A stretch of DNA of 64,000 nt from a virus: positions 1-64,000 of the IMG/VR virus record IMGVR_UViG_3300003873_000003; one strand, given 5' to 3'. Shown here in pieces: positions 18,582 to 28,313 of the stretch. Position 1 is the stretch's first letter; every line of letters begins with the position of its first letter. Below the pieces are notes generated by a model, which had not been told where the DNA came from, searched no databases, and saw only the letters and a list, made by a program, of their open reading frames with translations. The translations under genes and the position numbers were made by a program.

Positions 18582-20846
18582 CTATCTCCGTCTTCCACCT
18601 AAACTACCCACAGCACACACAGCACGAGAAGATGAACCGCCTATGTTTGCGCTACTAGACGAAATCCGAGAAGATACGCCCAAAACTCCAGTACGCCCCG
18701 TTGTCGCTGTGCGAGTCATACCCATAGAATCAAACAACGCCCAGTTTTCGGGGTCGTGCAGGATAGTATGTGCAAGTACCGTTGCACGGAATAGGTCATC
18801 CGTAGTACCATCCCCCTTATCCACAGTCTTCTTCAAGTCAACTACAGTGATGCACTGAAACGCAAAGTGTGAAACAGGGTCGCCATCGAAGAAACTAGGA
18901 TAACGCTCTAAGGTATAACTCTCAATGTCTTTACGTTTCATCTCAATGAGGGGTATACTACACTTGCCATCATTGAGCTTAGTACGGAAGTCAAGAAAGT
19001 CATTATACTTTACAGAATAAGTCAGGGTAGCGATTGAAAACTTAACGTCAATGTCCTGTAAGAACTTGATGGACTGCCACCTATCGGCTGCCACCATAAC
19101 GATGTTAAGCTTTTCTATTGCGGCATAGATAATCTCCTCCACAATCAAAGAGTGGTTAAGGGGCTGTTCAGGTAACGGTATGATTTCAATGAAAGCTTCT
19201 ACACGGGTCTCTCCTCCCTCCAGTGAGGCAATCGTTATTGCAAAGCTGTTATCACAGTAACCTGCATCAATCGCAAGAATCTTAGGTACGGCAGTATCAC
19301 ACCCCGTAAAGTCAACCGTGCCATAACAGGTCTCTGCCCCGCTCTTAGAGCGGTAAACCCTGCGAGTTAGCTTGGCAGGGTTGTGTTGCTTGCGAACATT
19401 AACCCTCAATACGTCTAAGCTAAAGATGAACGGAGAGGTCGCCTGCGGTGGTATAGCAAGGTAATCTCGCCTTGCTGCAATAGGGTCAGCATCAAACTCT
19501 TCCTGTAAGTCCTCTTGACTGATTGTGGGGTTCAGCTCAAAGGTGGTGTACCAAAATCCGTACACTCGACTGGATGGTTTCTGTGACTGCTTATACAATG
19601 AAACAATCTTGTCACGGGCGTTTGAGGGACTTGATACGTTATACATGATACCGTTTGGCACATCATAGCCTTCTGCTAAACGATTGCGGCAAGCACTACG
19701 CACAGTCAACAGAGAACGTCCCACAGCATGGTGAACTTCGTTTGCATTAGCTTTTACAATGCTTGACTTCACGCTATCGAACCAACCGATTTCATCAATA
19801 GCCGCTTTACAACGTGTGTAACCACGCAACGTCTTCATGTTAGGTCCCGAAGGAGACAACACCAAGCTACGGTGTCTATAGTGAACAAAAGTATCTTTCA
19901 GCTTAACCAACTCAACTCCCTCACGTAACCCCACCTCTTGAAGCATTTTATTGTAAGCTATGAACCACGGTGTTTCAGTGAGATACCCATAGATAGGGTC
20001 CCATAGAGATGCTTTAGCTTGCGCAAAGGTCAAGGCTATCACCGTACCATGCAGCACACTATTAGGGAGTAGGTTGTACATACGTTGGGGGTTCTGACTC
20101 TTCAACAACAGGTGCGTGTGGTATGCGTCAGCCATAGCAATAAAGGCACTCTTACCACCACGCTGCCCTGCAAGTCCCGCAAGCTCATTGTAGGCTTTAA
20201 GCTTCCCTTCCTTGATGAAGGCATGACGGGGTTTCTTACACAGAGGACAAACGTTATCCTCAAAGATAATGACCTTCGACCTAACTTCCTCGGCAGGTGC
20301 ATCGTAAGGGATGTTGTGTATATAGTCGTCATTACAGTCGGGGCACCATTCAGAAAATAGCTTTATGCCACTCTCTAACTGCTTGGCAAAAGGCACAACG
20401 TTCAAAAATGTTTGAGAAAGACAGAACTCGACAAAGTTTTTGGCTTTAGGGAAGTCACCATCTGGGACACGAAGGTCAGGAGGGACTAACGCATCTGATT
20501 GTGTTGCAGACTGCACCAGCTTCTGTAGGTCAAACTCTTCTTCGTTGTCAAAGTCCTTCTCGTCAACTAACTCTTCGGGCTTTGGCTTCGGTGCATTATT
20601 GTACTTCTTAGAGGAATCACGCTTGTACTCTGTGCAAACGTAGGTTTCCGCTTTATTTGGGTTAGGGCAAAGCAGGTAAAGCAAGCATCGGTCGCAGGAT
20701 GCCCCGGGAGCTTTCCAGTCAGCACACTTCTTACCCTGTGTTGGACAAGAGCCTTTTAAGGCAATAGCGCAAGTGGCACACGACTTCACTCTGTTTTTAA
20801 TAAGCTCCTCTAAGTCAGCCCCCACTTTATCAGATGTATCAGTCAT
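18582..20846 (-). CDS. terL: Terminase large subunit with Cys-rich N-terminal extension
   Basis: Walker A GQRGGKS, LRG, Walker B IDEIG, VSSP motif III, RNase H-type nuclease AIDAG...ADRWQS...DDLF. Confidence 0.85.
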   Translation of the reverse strand: MTDTSDKVGADLEELIKNRVKSCATCAIALKGSCPTQGKKCADWKAPGASCDRCLLYLLCPNPNKAETYVCTEYKRDSSKKYNNAPKPKPEELVDEKDFDNEEEFDLQKLVQSATQSDALVPPDLRVPDGDFPKAKNFVEFCLSQTFLNVVPFAKQLESGIKLFSEWCPDCNDDYIHNIPYDAPAEEVRSKVIIFEDNVCPLCKKPRHAFIKEGKLKAYNELAGLAGQRGGKSAFIAMADAYHTHLLLKSQNPQRMYNLLPNSVLHGTVIALTFAQAKASLWDPIYGYLTETPWFIAYNKMLQEVGLREGVELVKLKDTFVHYRHRSLVLSPSGPNMKTLRGYTRCKAAIDEIGWFDSVKSSIVKANANEVHHAVGRSLLTVRSACRNRLAEGYDVPNGIMYNVSSPSNARDKIVSLYKQSQKPSSRVYGFWYTTFELNPTISQEDLQEEFDADPIAARRDYLAIPPQATSPFIFSLDVLRVNVRKQHNPAKLTRRVYRSKSGAETCYGTVDFTGCDTAVPKILAIDAGYCDNSFAITIASLEGGETRVEAFIEIIPLPEQPLNHSLIVEEIIYAAIEKLNIVMVAADRWQSIKFLQDIDVKFSIATLTYSVKYNDFLDFRTKLNDGKCSIPLIEMKRKDIESYTLERYPSFFDGDPVSHFAFQCITVVDLKKTVDKGDGTTDDLFRATVLAHTILHDPENWALFDSMGMTRTATTGRTGVLGVSSRISSSSANIGGSSSRAVCAVGSLGGRRR

Positions 20847-20870
20847 ACCTGCTTACCCCTTGAATCAAGT

Positions 20871-21398
20871 TTATTTGCGTCTTGGCGGTTGGCTCCCTTT
20901 GGGAACGCCCCTCGTTGGTTGGGATACACCGCCTGCCTGTGGACGGTCGGCAGCCGATGCCCTGCGTAGTTCCCTGTTAGGTGCGGTCTTTGGTTGTGCA
21001 ATAGCAAACCGTTGTGCTATAAGAGCTTCACGATAAATATCATCATCTATATCAGGATTGAGTGCCTTACACACCGCAACATCATGCTCAATTTTCAAGA
21101 TGCGTGTAACGTTTATTGTGTTGTCTGCGCTACCTTTGATACCGTAGCCCCATTGAAGCTCGTCTCTGATATTGTTCACAGCGTTATCAAGTGCGAGCAT
21201 CGTAATGGAAAAGTCCCTCACTAGAGGTTCGAGGATAGCGAGCTTGCGCTTCCAATCAGAAAACACTGCCTCACGCTCGCTATCGGAAATCTCGTTATCT
21301 GCCAACCATTCATCCCTCAGACGGGCTTCTTCCTCAAGACGCTTTACAGTTCGTTTTGCAATCTCTTCCATACTCTCGTCAGGCGTACTGTTCGGCAT
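20871..21398 (-). CDS. Hypothetical protein
   Basis: GGAG RBS; directly upstream of terL. Confidence 0.65.
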   Translation of the reverse strand: MPNSTPDESMEEIAKRTVKRLEEEARLRDEWLADNEISDSEREAVFSDWKRKLAILEPLVRDFSITMLALDNAVNNIRDELQWGYGIKGSADNTINVTRILKIEHDVAVCKALNPDIDDDIYREALIAQRFAIAQPKTAPNRELRRASAADRPQAGGVSQPTRGVPKGSQPPRRK

Positions 21399-21407
21399 TT
21401 TATACTC

Positions 21408-21929
21408 CTAGTATCTTAGTTCGATGTTAGTCACATCTGCCATGTTCAATAGGATAGCAGGCTTCCCTGTTTCTTTGTCGGTCACAGTGAACGCATCCGA
21501 CAAGCCTTTAACATTGATGATATTGTACCCCATACTGGATATACGTGCAGCAATCTCGTCACATGCAGCCGCAAGCATCGAAGGGTTCAACATAACCTTA
21601 ACAATGGACTCTCCATCCTCATCGACATAGCCTGTCACAGTACCAGTTTTAACAGCAGGGGCTATATTAAACATAGGGTGACCTGTACCTGACACACTGC
21701 TATCAAGGAACACATCAGGTAAACACCCTTCCACTGGAAAGGACAGCGAGATGGTGTGCTTCAATAAATCATCTGTACTTTCTAAGTGAGCCGAAGGGGT
21801 AGGTACTACAATACCCTCAAGCTTGTGACGCTTTAGCCGTAAGACGGTAGTCATAGACACAGAGGCAGTACCTGAATATGGTGACCCCTTGCTAGTTAAT
21901 ATCCTCGGCTTTATATCTCGTTCAGTCAT
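21408..21929 (-). CDS. Hypothetical protein
   Basis: ATGA-coupled to dnaB. Confidence 0.65.
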   Translation of the reverse strand: MTERDIKPRILTSKGSPYSGTASVSMTTVLRLKRHKLEGIVVPTPSAHLESTDDLLKHTISLSFPVEGCLPDVFLDSSVSGTGHPMFNIAPAVKTGTVTGYVDEDGESIVKVMLNPSMLAAACDEIAARISSMGYNIINVKGLSDAFTVTDKETGKPAILLNMADVTNIELRY

Positions 21930-23272
21930 AGTAGTTCTTCTCCTGCATCATACCCATCAAGCTCATCATCCAAGTCAGAATAGGAATCAGGGGTTCCCCC
22001 TTCCGATTCTTCATCAACGTAATGCTCGACTCGCATATACTTGTAGTTCTCCCTCAACTTAAAGGGGGACATATCTTGGTTACGTGCTTTCTGCGGTATG
22101 ATGTTGATTATTTGGTCTTCACGTTCTTCGGGTTCATAGCTCCAAGTCCACATAACACCACTATGCTCACGAACAGCACGAGCATAACGGATTTTCCCTG
22201 TGTCTTCGGACAACTGTGCTAGGAGAACAATTACACAATTATTAGCTTCGGCGTAACGCTTCCCATAACGTGCGATACTTCCGAGAGCTTTCCACTGGTC
22301 ATCCCCATCTGTACCTTTAAGTAGCGTAAGGTAGTCAAGAAAGATAACATCGAAGTTTGAAGGCTGCATCATCATAAGCAGCTCTTCGCCTGTCATGTCT
22401 TCCTGTGGAACATAGAGGGAATACTGGGCTTCTTTGGCTTGCAAATCTTTGACGTACTTCTTGTATGCAGCCTGTGCTTGCTTCTTGTCTGCCGCACTCA
22501 AGTTACCCATCACAAAGTTGGATAAGGGGACATCGCTTATGTTGGAAAGCGTACGCATATACATCTCTTCTTCGGACATTTCCAAAGATACATACCCCAC
22601 CCGACATCCTGCTCTCGCCATTTGAATAGCAACATGGTTTGCAATAGCCGACTTACCTGCGCCTGACGTTGCAGCCATAGTGAACACTGTGCCACGGAAG
22701 ATACCTCGGTTACGAGAGTCCCATGCCTCAATCCCTGTTGGAATAGCAGGCAGAGTTTCTCCCTTCAAGATAGTCTTCACGAGCTGCGCAGAATTGTTAC
22801 CTGTCCCCATAACATACTTCGGTACAACGTCTTTCTTCATCGAAGCTGCAACGAGTTCAGACATTAAATCTTTATACAGGGACTCGATGTTCACAGCATC
22901 GCTCTCAAGCGACTCGGCTGCATGGTTTATCACATCGGTTAATACCCTAGCACGGTAGTATTCAATTATGATGTCAACACCCTGCATTGCAGCCTTGCGG
23001 TTAGGGTGTTTAGATGCTTTGCGGAAGTGACGCACAACTTTCCGTACTTCCTTGTTGTTTTGCATATCGGAACATACGTTGTCCCATGTAGGTATTGATT
23101 GTGTTTCTAAATAGTAATCCTTGATGTAACGGAAAACATAGGCTGCGGCAGGGTACCCAAAATGGTCTGATTTTAGGCGGCTTACCATAAGCAAGCTTGT
23201 TTCGTCCGCCTCACAGATTGTCTTTAGTACACTCACCTCAGCCCTAGGTTCGACTAATCTGATTTGTCCCAT
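21926..23272 (-). CDS. dnaB: DnaB-like replicative helicase
   Basis: IPTG, GAGKS, YVSLEMS, FLDYL, LAQL, KARN. Confidence 0.92.
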   Translation of the reverse strand: MGQIRLVEPRAEVSVLKTICEADETSLLMVSRLKSDHFGYPAAAYVFRYIKDYYLETQSIPTWDNVCSDMQNNKEVRKVVRHFRKASKHPNRKAAMQGVDIIIEYYRARVLTDVINHAAESLESDAVNIESLYKDLMSELVAASMKKDVVPKYVMGTGNNSAQLVKTILKGETLPAIPTGIEAWDSRNRGIFRGTVFTMAATSGAGKSAIANHVAIQMARAGCRVGYVSLEMSEEEMYMRTLSNISDVPLSNFVMGNLSAADKKQAQAAYKKYVKDLQAKEAQYSLYVPQEDMTGEELLMMMQPSNFDVIFLDYLTLLKGTDGDDQWKALGSIARYGKRYAEANNCVIVLLAQLSEDTGKIRYARAVREHSGVMWTWSYEPEEREDQIINIIPQKARNQDMSPFKLRENYKYMRVEHYVDEESEGGTPDSYSDLDDELDGYDAGEELL

Positions 23273-23278
23273 GTTCCC

Positions 23279-23806
23279 TCATTTACCTGTAGATAAGTAC
23301 AGACTACAGGTTAGTTTATAGTTTATTTTTTCACCAAAGAACTTCAAGGGGTCAATACCACCAACACAGACAATACGAGGGATGGTATCGTATGTATCAA
23401 GCAAGTCACGCACCTTCTCAAGTTTATGGGGTGTACTAGACTCGATGATGTTGGATAGTATCAGCATCGGTATGTGAGGCTTCTTCGCCAGTAAATCATC
23501 ATGGAAACCACTCACTACACGATGCCATTTGGAACTAGATGGGGCTAAGTGTGTTGCCACCTGCATGGCTCGCATATCGCTGTACTGACCTGAAATGCAA
23601 AGTACGCTATTGTTCCCCTTCTTCATAGAACCACGCATGAACCGCTCTAGTTGGGTAAGCTGCGCCTTGACTGCCATACGGCGGGGTTGCCCATGAACCT
23701 CTGTCTTGATTGGTTCAACGTAATCAAGTAAATCAAACGAACGAAACCTTTTAGTATCATGCGGTGCTCCTGTAATCTTCTTCGGCTTTATTATCATGTC
23801 ACGCAA
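23279..23806 (-). CDS. Hypothetical protein, possibly a degenerate DnaC/AAA-like helicase loader
   Basis: Sits between the helicase genes; MLILSNI...VRDLLDTYDTIPRIV loosely resembles a loader C-half; no intact Walker A. Confidence 0.4.
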   Translation of the reverse strand: MRDMIIKPKKITGAPHDTKRFRSFDLLDYVEPIKTEVHGQPRRMAVKAQLTQLERFMRGSMKKGNNSVLCISGQYSDMRAMQVATHLAPSSSKWHRVVSGFHDDLLAKKPHIPMLILSNIIESSTPHKLEKVRDLLDTYDTIPRIVCVGGIDPLKFFGEKINYKLTCSLYLSTGK

Positions 23807-23812
23807 CCTTTG

Positions 23813-25342
23813 TTAGAATTGCCTAAAGATTCCCTCTTTCTTTGATAAGGATTTCTTCTTGGCAGTACCACTGGACGAGTTGCCCCTGCCTGTGGCGGCT
23901 AGGCACTCTGCTTTGACCCTTTCACTTAAAATGAACTTCAAAGGGAAAACACTCTTGAACAATGTTGTTCTGAAACAACCCGTTGACTGCGGGGACTGCA
24001 TGTCAACAATGAAATGTATTGTAGGTGTTTTCTTACCCTTCATAGGGGTGCAGATACGCATACTTTCTTGGTAAAACTTCGGTGGGTTTGAGATAGGAAC
24101 GCACTCAACCATGTATGACCAACAAGGTACATCAATACCCTCTTGAACCATCTGACGAATAGCAACCACACAACGAACCTTGCGCTCTCGGGCTGCATTC
24201 AGCACTTCTTCCTTATTCACACTGGCATGAAACTCTGCGGCAATAGGTCGCTTGCATCGTGTATTTATCTCTTCCACCAAGTCAATGATGTGCTGCTTCC
24301 TAGCGCAAGGGATGATAACACTGTGTCCCTTCTTCATCGCTGCGATAGCAATATCACAAATCAACTTGTTTCGCTTTTTATTGGAAGATAGGTTGTTGAT
24401 AAAGCCCACCCACGTCTTCAAGTCCTTAAACTTGATGTCGGTAGTTGTTATCTCAACCGTAGGCTTCAAGCTCTTCACTTTGGCTCTTGCAGTAACAGGA
24501 CCCAAGATGTCCGTAGTGATGAACTCTAAACCGTCTTTCCGTTCAACTGTACCCGTAACCCCGAATCGAATACGGCTGTCCATCTTGTTCACAACAGAGG
24601 AGAAACAAGCCGCTGCTACACGGTGACATTCGTCCACCGCAACGAACCCGAACTCCCCTTGGATGTACTTAGTGACCTTAGCTTCACCCGAACCTTCACG
24701 AATAAAGGATTGGTAGGTTGATAAGCATATATCAAAATCAGCTAACTGCTCTGGGGTCTTAGCCAAACCTGCAATGCGGATACCGTGATACTTAGCCACA
24801 TCTTCCATGTCGGTGAACTTGATTAAGGTGTTGATGAACTGGGTAAGCAAATCGTCCTGATGCGCAAGTATAAGAGCCTTGTACCCATACTTGCAAATCA
24901 GGTAAACCATCATCACCGTTTTACCCGAACGAGGCGGTGCTTCCAGTATCCCCCTACCACGAGACAAGAACTGTGCAATACATTTCTTTTGGTGGGGTAG
25001 TAACTTGCCTGTGAAAGTAATCTTATGACGCATCTTCTTCGTACAGCGTTTTTCTACGATTTCGGCACGAGGGAAAACACGCATGAACTTCTTAACATTC
25101 CCCGAAGGGAACCCCACATAACTCTGCTTCTTGCGTTTCAAGAACGTATGAAGTTTTACATTGCCGTAGTTTGAAGGGCATCCGTCACAGAGGTAAGAGC
25201 CTTGCTCATCATCCTCTACATTAACTGGGCATCTACTACACGAGGATTCATCAAACACCTCTCTTTCATACTTGGCTAGGTGTTCCTCCGAAACATGCTC
25301 CGCTGGGACGTAGAACATCTCTTTTTGGATAACCTTTGTCAT
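23813..25342 (-). CDS. Superfamily 2 DNA helicase (UvsW-like)
   Basis: LLPHQ, APPRSGKT, DECH, TGT, EGIDVP; N-terminal CxxC..CxxC; start ATGA-coupled at 25342. Confidence 0.88.
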   Translation of the reverse strand: MTKVIQKEMFYVPAEHVSEEHLAKYEREVFDESSCSRCPVNVEDDEQGSYLCDGCPSNYGNVKLHTFLKRKKQSYVGFPSGNVKKFMRVFPRAEIVEKRCTKKMRHKITFTGKLLPHQKKCIAQFLSRGRGILEAPPRSGKTVMMVYLICKYGYKALILAHQDDLLTQFINTLIKFTDMEDVAKYHGIRIAGLAKTPEQLADFDICLSTYQSFIREGSGEAKVTKYIQGEFGFVAVDECHRVAAACFSSVVNKMDSRIRFGVTGTVERKDGLEFITTDILGPVTARAKVKSLKPTVEITTTDIKFKDLKTWVGFINNLSSNKKRNKLICDIAIAAMKKGHSVIIPCARKQHIIDLVEEINTRCKRPIAAEFHASVNKEEVLNAARERKVRCVVAIRQMVQEGIDVPCWSYMVECVPISNPPKFYQESMRICTPMKGKKTPTIHFIVDMQSPQSTGCFRTTLFKSVFPLKFILSERVKAECLAATGRGNSSSGTAKKKSLSKKEGIFRQF

Positions 25343-25629
25343 GCGTGCTGAACCATCAACTGTGCAAGTTCTTCTGGGGTGCGGAACACAGCCGTCTGTG
25401 CAGGTATGCACGTACCGTAGTTGGTGTTCAAGTATTCGATAGCCATGTTAGAACGGTCACCGTCCCGACAGTCGGCAAATGCTTCCAATGCTTCGGTGGC
25501 ACGTTCGATTAGGCGAGCCATGTAGGGAGACGGCTTCGTTGGATGCTCCGATACTCCACCTACCATCTCAATAGGTGCATGTGGTGTGGATTCTGTCACT
25601 GTACCATGTACGATAAAGCGTTCTGTCAT
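25339..25629 (-). CDS. Hypothetical protein
   Basis: AGGAG RBS. Confidence 0.6.
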   Translation of the reverse strand: MTERFIVHGTVTESTPHAPIEMVGGVSEHPTKPSPYMARLIERATEALEAFADCRDGDRSNMAIEYLNTNYGTCIPAQTAVFRTPEELAQLMVQHA

Positions 25630-25673
25630 TTCAATCTCCTGTGTCGTAATAAATAGTTCTGAAAATTAACGGT

Positions 25674-26195
25674 TTATAATCTGCGCTCTACCTTAGCATT
25701 AAGCTCCAAGATAGAGACAAGACGTGTCAGCGTCCATGAGGCTGCGTCAATGTCTGCAACTAGAAGCTCGGCTATTTCCTTAACAGACTCGCCCTCCCGC
25801 TGCTTCTTAACAAACACGGCTAACATAGAGTTGACAGCTTGCTGACGTTCCCCCTTAGTCCTGTACTCACTAAGTAGCAAGGGTGAGTAAGTTGAGGATA
25901 AATAATCATTCATGGCTTCCATGAATATATCAAGCTGTGAATTTACCCTCTGTATCTGCATCAGTATCTCTACAGCCCGAGAGCGGTTAGCGCAATTCTG
26001 CTCGGCAGCTTCCACCAACATCGTCTGGGCATCATGCGTTGAGGCGAGGTTCAAGAACCTAACCTTGCGTACTGCGTGCATTGATTCCAATTCATCTCGA
26101 AAAGCCCGAAGGTCTAACGAGTAAACACCATCGGTTAGCATCTTACGGTGTCGCCTGTACTTCTTGTCAGCAAGAACGTTAGCCTTGAATGTCAT
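25674..26195 (-). CDS. Helical hypothetical protein, possibly UvsY-like recombination mediator
   Basis: All-helical, ~170 aa, near the UvsW-like helicase; function by context only. Confidence 0.4.
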   Translation of the reverse strand: MTFKANVLADKKYRRHRKMLTDGVYSLDLRAFRDELESMHAVRKVRFLNLASTHDAQTMLVEAAEQNCANRSRAVEILMQIQRVNSQLDIFMEAMNDYLSSTYSPLLLSEYRTKGERQQAVNSMLAVFVKKQREGESVKEIAELLVADIDAASWTLTRLVSILELNAKVERRL

Positions 26196-26207
26196 AAGTC
26201 TCCTCCT

Positions 26208-26864
26208 TTAAGATAAGGGCTTCCTGTCAAGTCGGTCTAGCATCCCATAGTATTCAGCTTTGCAGGATGCGTTATCTAAGAAGATACCCCTAACCTCGGT
26301 CGTGGCAGTATAGCTTGGTGACTCAACTCCTCGACATTCCATGCAGGAGTGACGTGCTACGATAGACACTGCGCTACCTTGAGAAGGTATTTGGGGGAAC
26401 CAGTTAGAGGAACCGTCACGATAGAACACATCAGCAATATCTTTACACAACTGCTCTTGCAATACAGGTCGCTTCGACAATGATTTAACGATGCGTGCAA
26501 TCTTGGATAGACCCAGAACCACACCGTCCTTAGAAGGCATGTAGGCAACAGACACGTCAAGGAACACAGGTAGCAAGTGGTGAGGGCATAGACCCGAAGC
26601 TCGTATAGGGCTTTGCAGAACAATACCGTTAGTGGTGGTGTTGGCTGCGAACTCCGTGGGGAACGCCGTTGAGCATATCGTAAGCAATTCGTTACGGATT
26701 GTTTCTTTGGTTAGGCACATCTCAGACATAGCCCGAGCGCATCTCATAGGCGTATCTTCGAGGTTGTCCATCTCCGCCCTAGATAAATCACCATCACGGT
26801 TGAAGTAATCAACAATAGTTTTGTAGGCAGTAACCAGCTTGGGGTCAACGTTTTTGTTTTTCAT
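26208..26864 (-). CDS. folE: GTP cyclohydrolase I
   Basis: DTPMR, CPHHLLP, LGLSKIAR, RPVLQE, HSCMECRG. Confidence 0.93.
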   Translation of the reverse strand: MKNKNVDPKLVTAYKTIVDYFNRDGDLSRAEMDNLEDTPMRCARAMSEMCLTKETIRNELLTICSTAFPTEFAANTTTNGIVLQSPIRASGLCPHHLLPVFLDVSVAYMPSKDGVVLGLSKIARIVKSLSKRPVLQEQLCKDIADVFYRDGSSNWFPQIPSQGSAVSIVARHSCMECRGVESPSYTATTEVRGIFLDNASCKAEYYGMLDRLDRKPLS

Positions 26865-26879
26865 GTGAGTTCCTTTGAA

Positions 26880-27326
26880 TCAAATTTCATACAAATCAGC
26901 AATGTCTAAAATAGGTGTCCGACAATAAACTACCGACCACGCTATACCATCGCCTTCGCAAAGCCATATACAGGATAACCCTCCAACTACAGCCGTCTGC
27001 ACGCCTGCGTTATGGAGACCCCCACCGAGATAAAAGTTCGTGACGGGCAACAGAAGCCGCTCATAGGCGGAACTATTGGCATGACAGCTATCCACTAGGA
27101 CACCGTTAGAGATTAGGTACCCCATAACATCGTCTGTACGCTTATCATGTAGCGTAGCCAAGAAAGGAATCTTAGCAGCACAAACATGACCTTTGCGGAT
27201 AACATAGGTTGTTTCGCCAGCCTTCCAGTTGTCATCAGGGTTAGGGTGTGCATCCAACACAGCGATGCCACCCCCTTCTGTAGGGAACAACCCTTGCCCT
27301 TTATGGTAGTTAGGTAGCGTAATCAT
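26880..27326 (-). CDS. Hypothetical protein, triplicated family copy 3
   Basis: HKGQGL...FLATLH...VMGYLISNG...WSVVY. Confidence 0.6.
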   Translation of the reverse strand: MITLPNYHKGQGLFPTEGGGIAVLDAHPNPDDNWKAGETTYVIRKGHVCAAKIPFLATLHDKRTDDVMGYLISNGVLVDSCHANSSAYERLLLPVTNFYLGGGLHNAGVQTAVVGGLSCIWLCEGDGIAWSVVYCRTPILDIADLYEI

Positions 27327-27814
27327 GCTACTCCACCTGTACCTACAGTAGAGTCCCAGTGCGCCACCCACGCATGTGGTGTAGCCAAAGATGAAACATA
27401 AGAAAAACCGCCATCTCTGAATGTATGAACGTCTTTTGGTGAAACGCTGTTAGATAGTGAGTACGCATGGATTAGGGACTCAAGTATTGTGTCATGGTCT
27501 GAACTACAGGCACATGTGTTACTCACGTCACCGTCAGAGCGTGCTAGAACGTACCCACCATTAAGCAGGTAGCCAGCAACAACAGCAGTATCGGGACAAA
27601 ATTCTGTTCCTTTGGAAGAACAAGTGTGCAAAGAGCAGAGCAGACTATCGTCACTATCACCCGAAAGCTGCACAGGTTTAACGAGGTAGTTATTAGCCCT
27701 CCAAGCTGGTTCATCCCATTCACGTCCATGCAACTGAATACAGACACACGAGCGTCCCATGTATGTAACAGGCACTAAGCCATGCCCTTTATGTACTGCA
27801 CGAAGTTTTATCAT
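27323..27814 (-). CDS. Hypothetical protein, triplicated family copy 2
   Basis: HKGHGL...LCSLH...VAGYLLNGG...WVAHW. Confidence 0.6.
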   Translation of the reverse strand: MIKLRAVHKGHGLVPVTYMGRSCVCIQLHGREWDEPAWRANNYLVKPVQLSGDSDDSLLCSLHTCSSKGTEFCPDTAVVAGYLLNGGYVLARSDGDVSNTCACSSDHDTILESLIHAYSLSNSVSPKDVHTFRDGGFSYVSSLATPHAWVAHWDSTVGTGGVA

Positions 27815-27824
27815 GTGTTACCCC

Positions 27825-28313
27825 CTAAGATGGTATTACTTGCTGCGTTACAGTACCGTTATACTGCGCAATCCATTCAATGCCTGATTCAGTGGACACC
27901 CAATAACAAGCAAACTCCCTATCCATAAGAGAGTTGACATGGGGTGCATGTTCATCACTATCAAAGTGATTGTATAAGAGGTTCTGTACCGTACCCCTGA
28001 CAGGTGTCGAAGCCTCCCATGATGATAGGGCAAAGCCACCCTCTACGATATACCCTGCAACACTATCAGTTTCGGGGGAGTATAGAGCCTTCAAGAAAGG
28101 GAGTTCCACACCATCAACGTCAACAACAGCCTGTATTCTATACTCACGCACCCCGAACGGAGAGGGCTTGTCTGCATCCGACTTGAACAAAATCCCTACC
28201 GCAGGTGAATTGAGGGAACTTCCTGTACTAAGAAAGAACCCCCAACCCTTGCGAGCATCCAATAAAAAGACAGTATCACTTGCACGTTCGCTACCTACAG
28301 CCGAGTACATCAA
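27825..28313 (-). CDS. Hypothetical protein, triplicated family copy 1
   Basis: RKGWGF...FLKALY...VAGYIVEGG...WIAQY. Confidence 0.6.
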   Translation of the reverse strand: MMYSAVGSERASDTVFLLDARKGWGFFLSTGSSLNSPAVGILFKSDADKPSPFGVREYRIQAVVDVDGVELPFLKALYSPETDSVAGYIVEGGFALSSWEASTPVRGTVQNLLYNHFDSDEHAPHVNSLMDREFACYWVSTESGIEWIAQYNGTVTQQVIPS

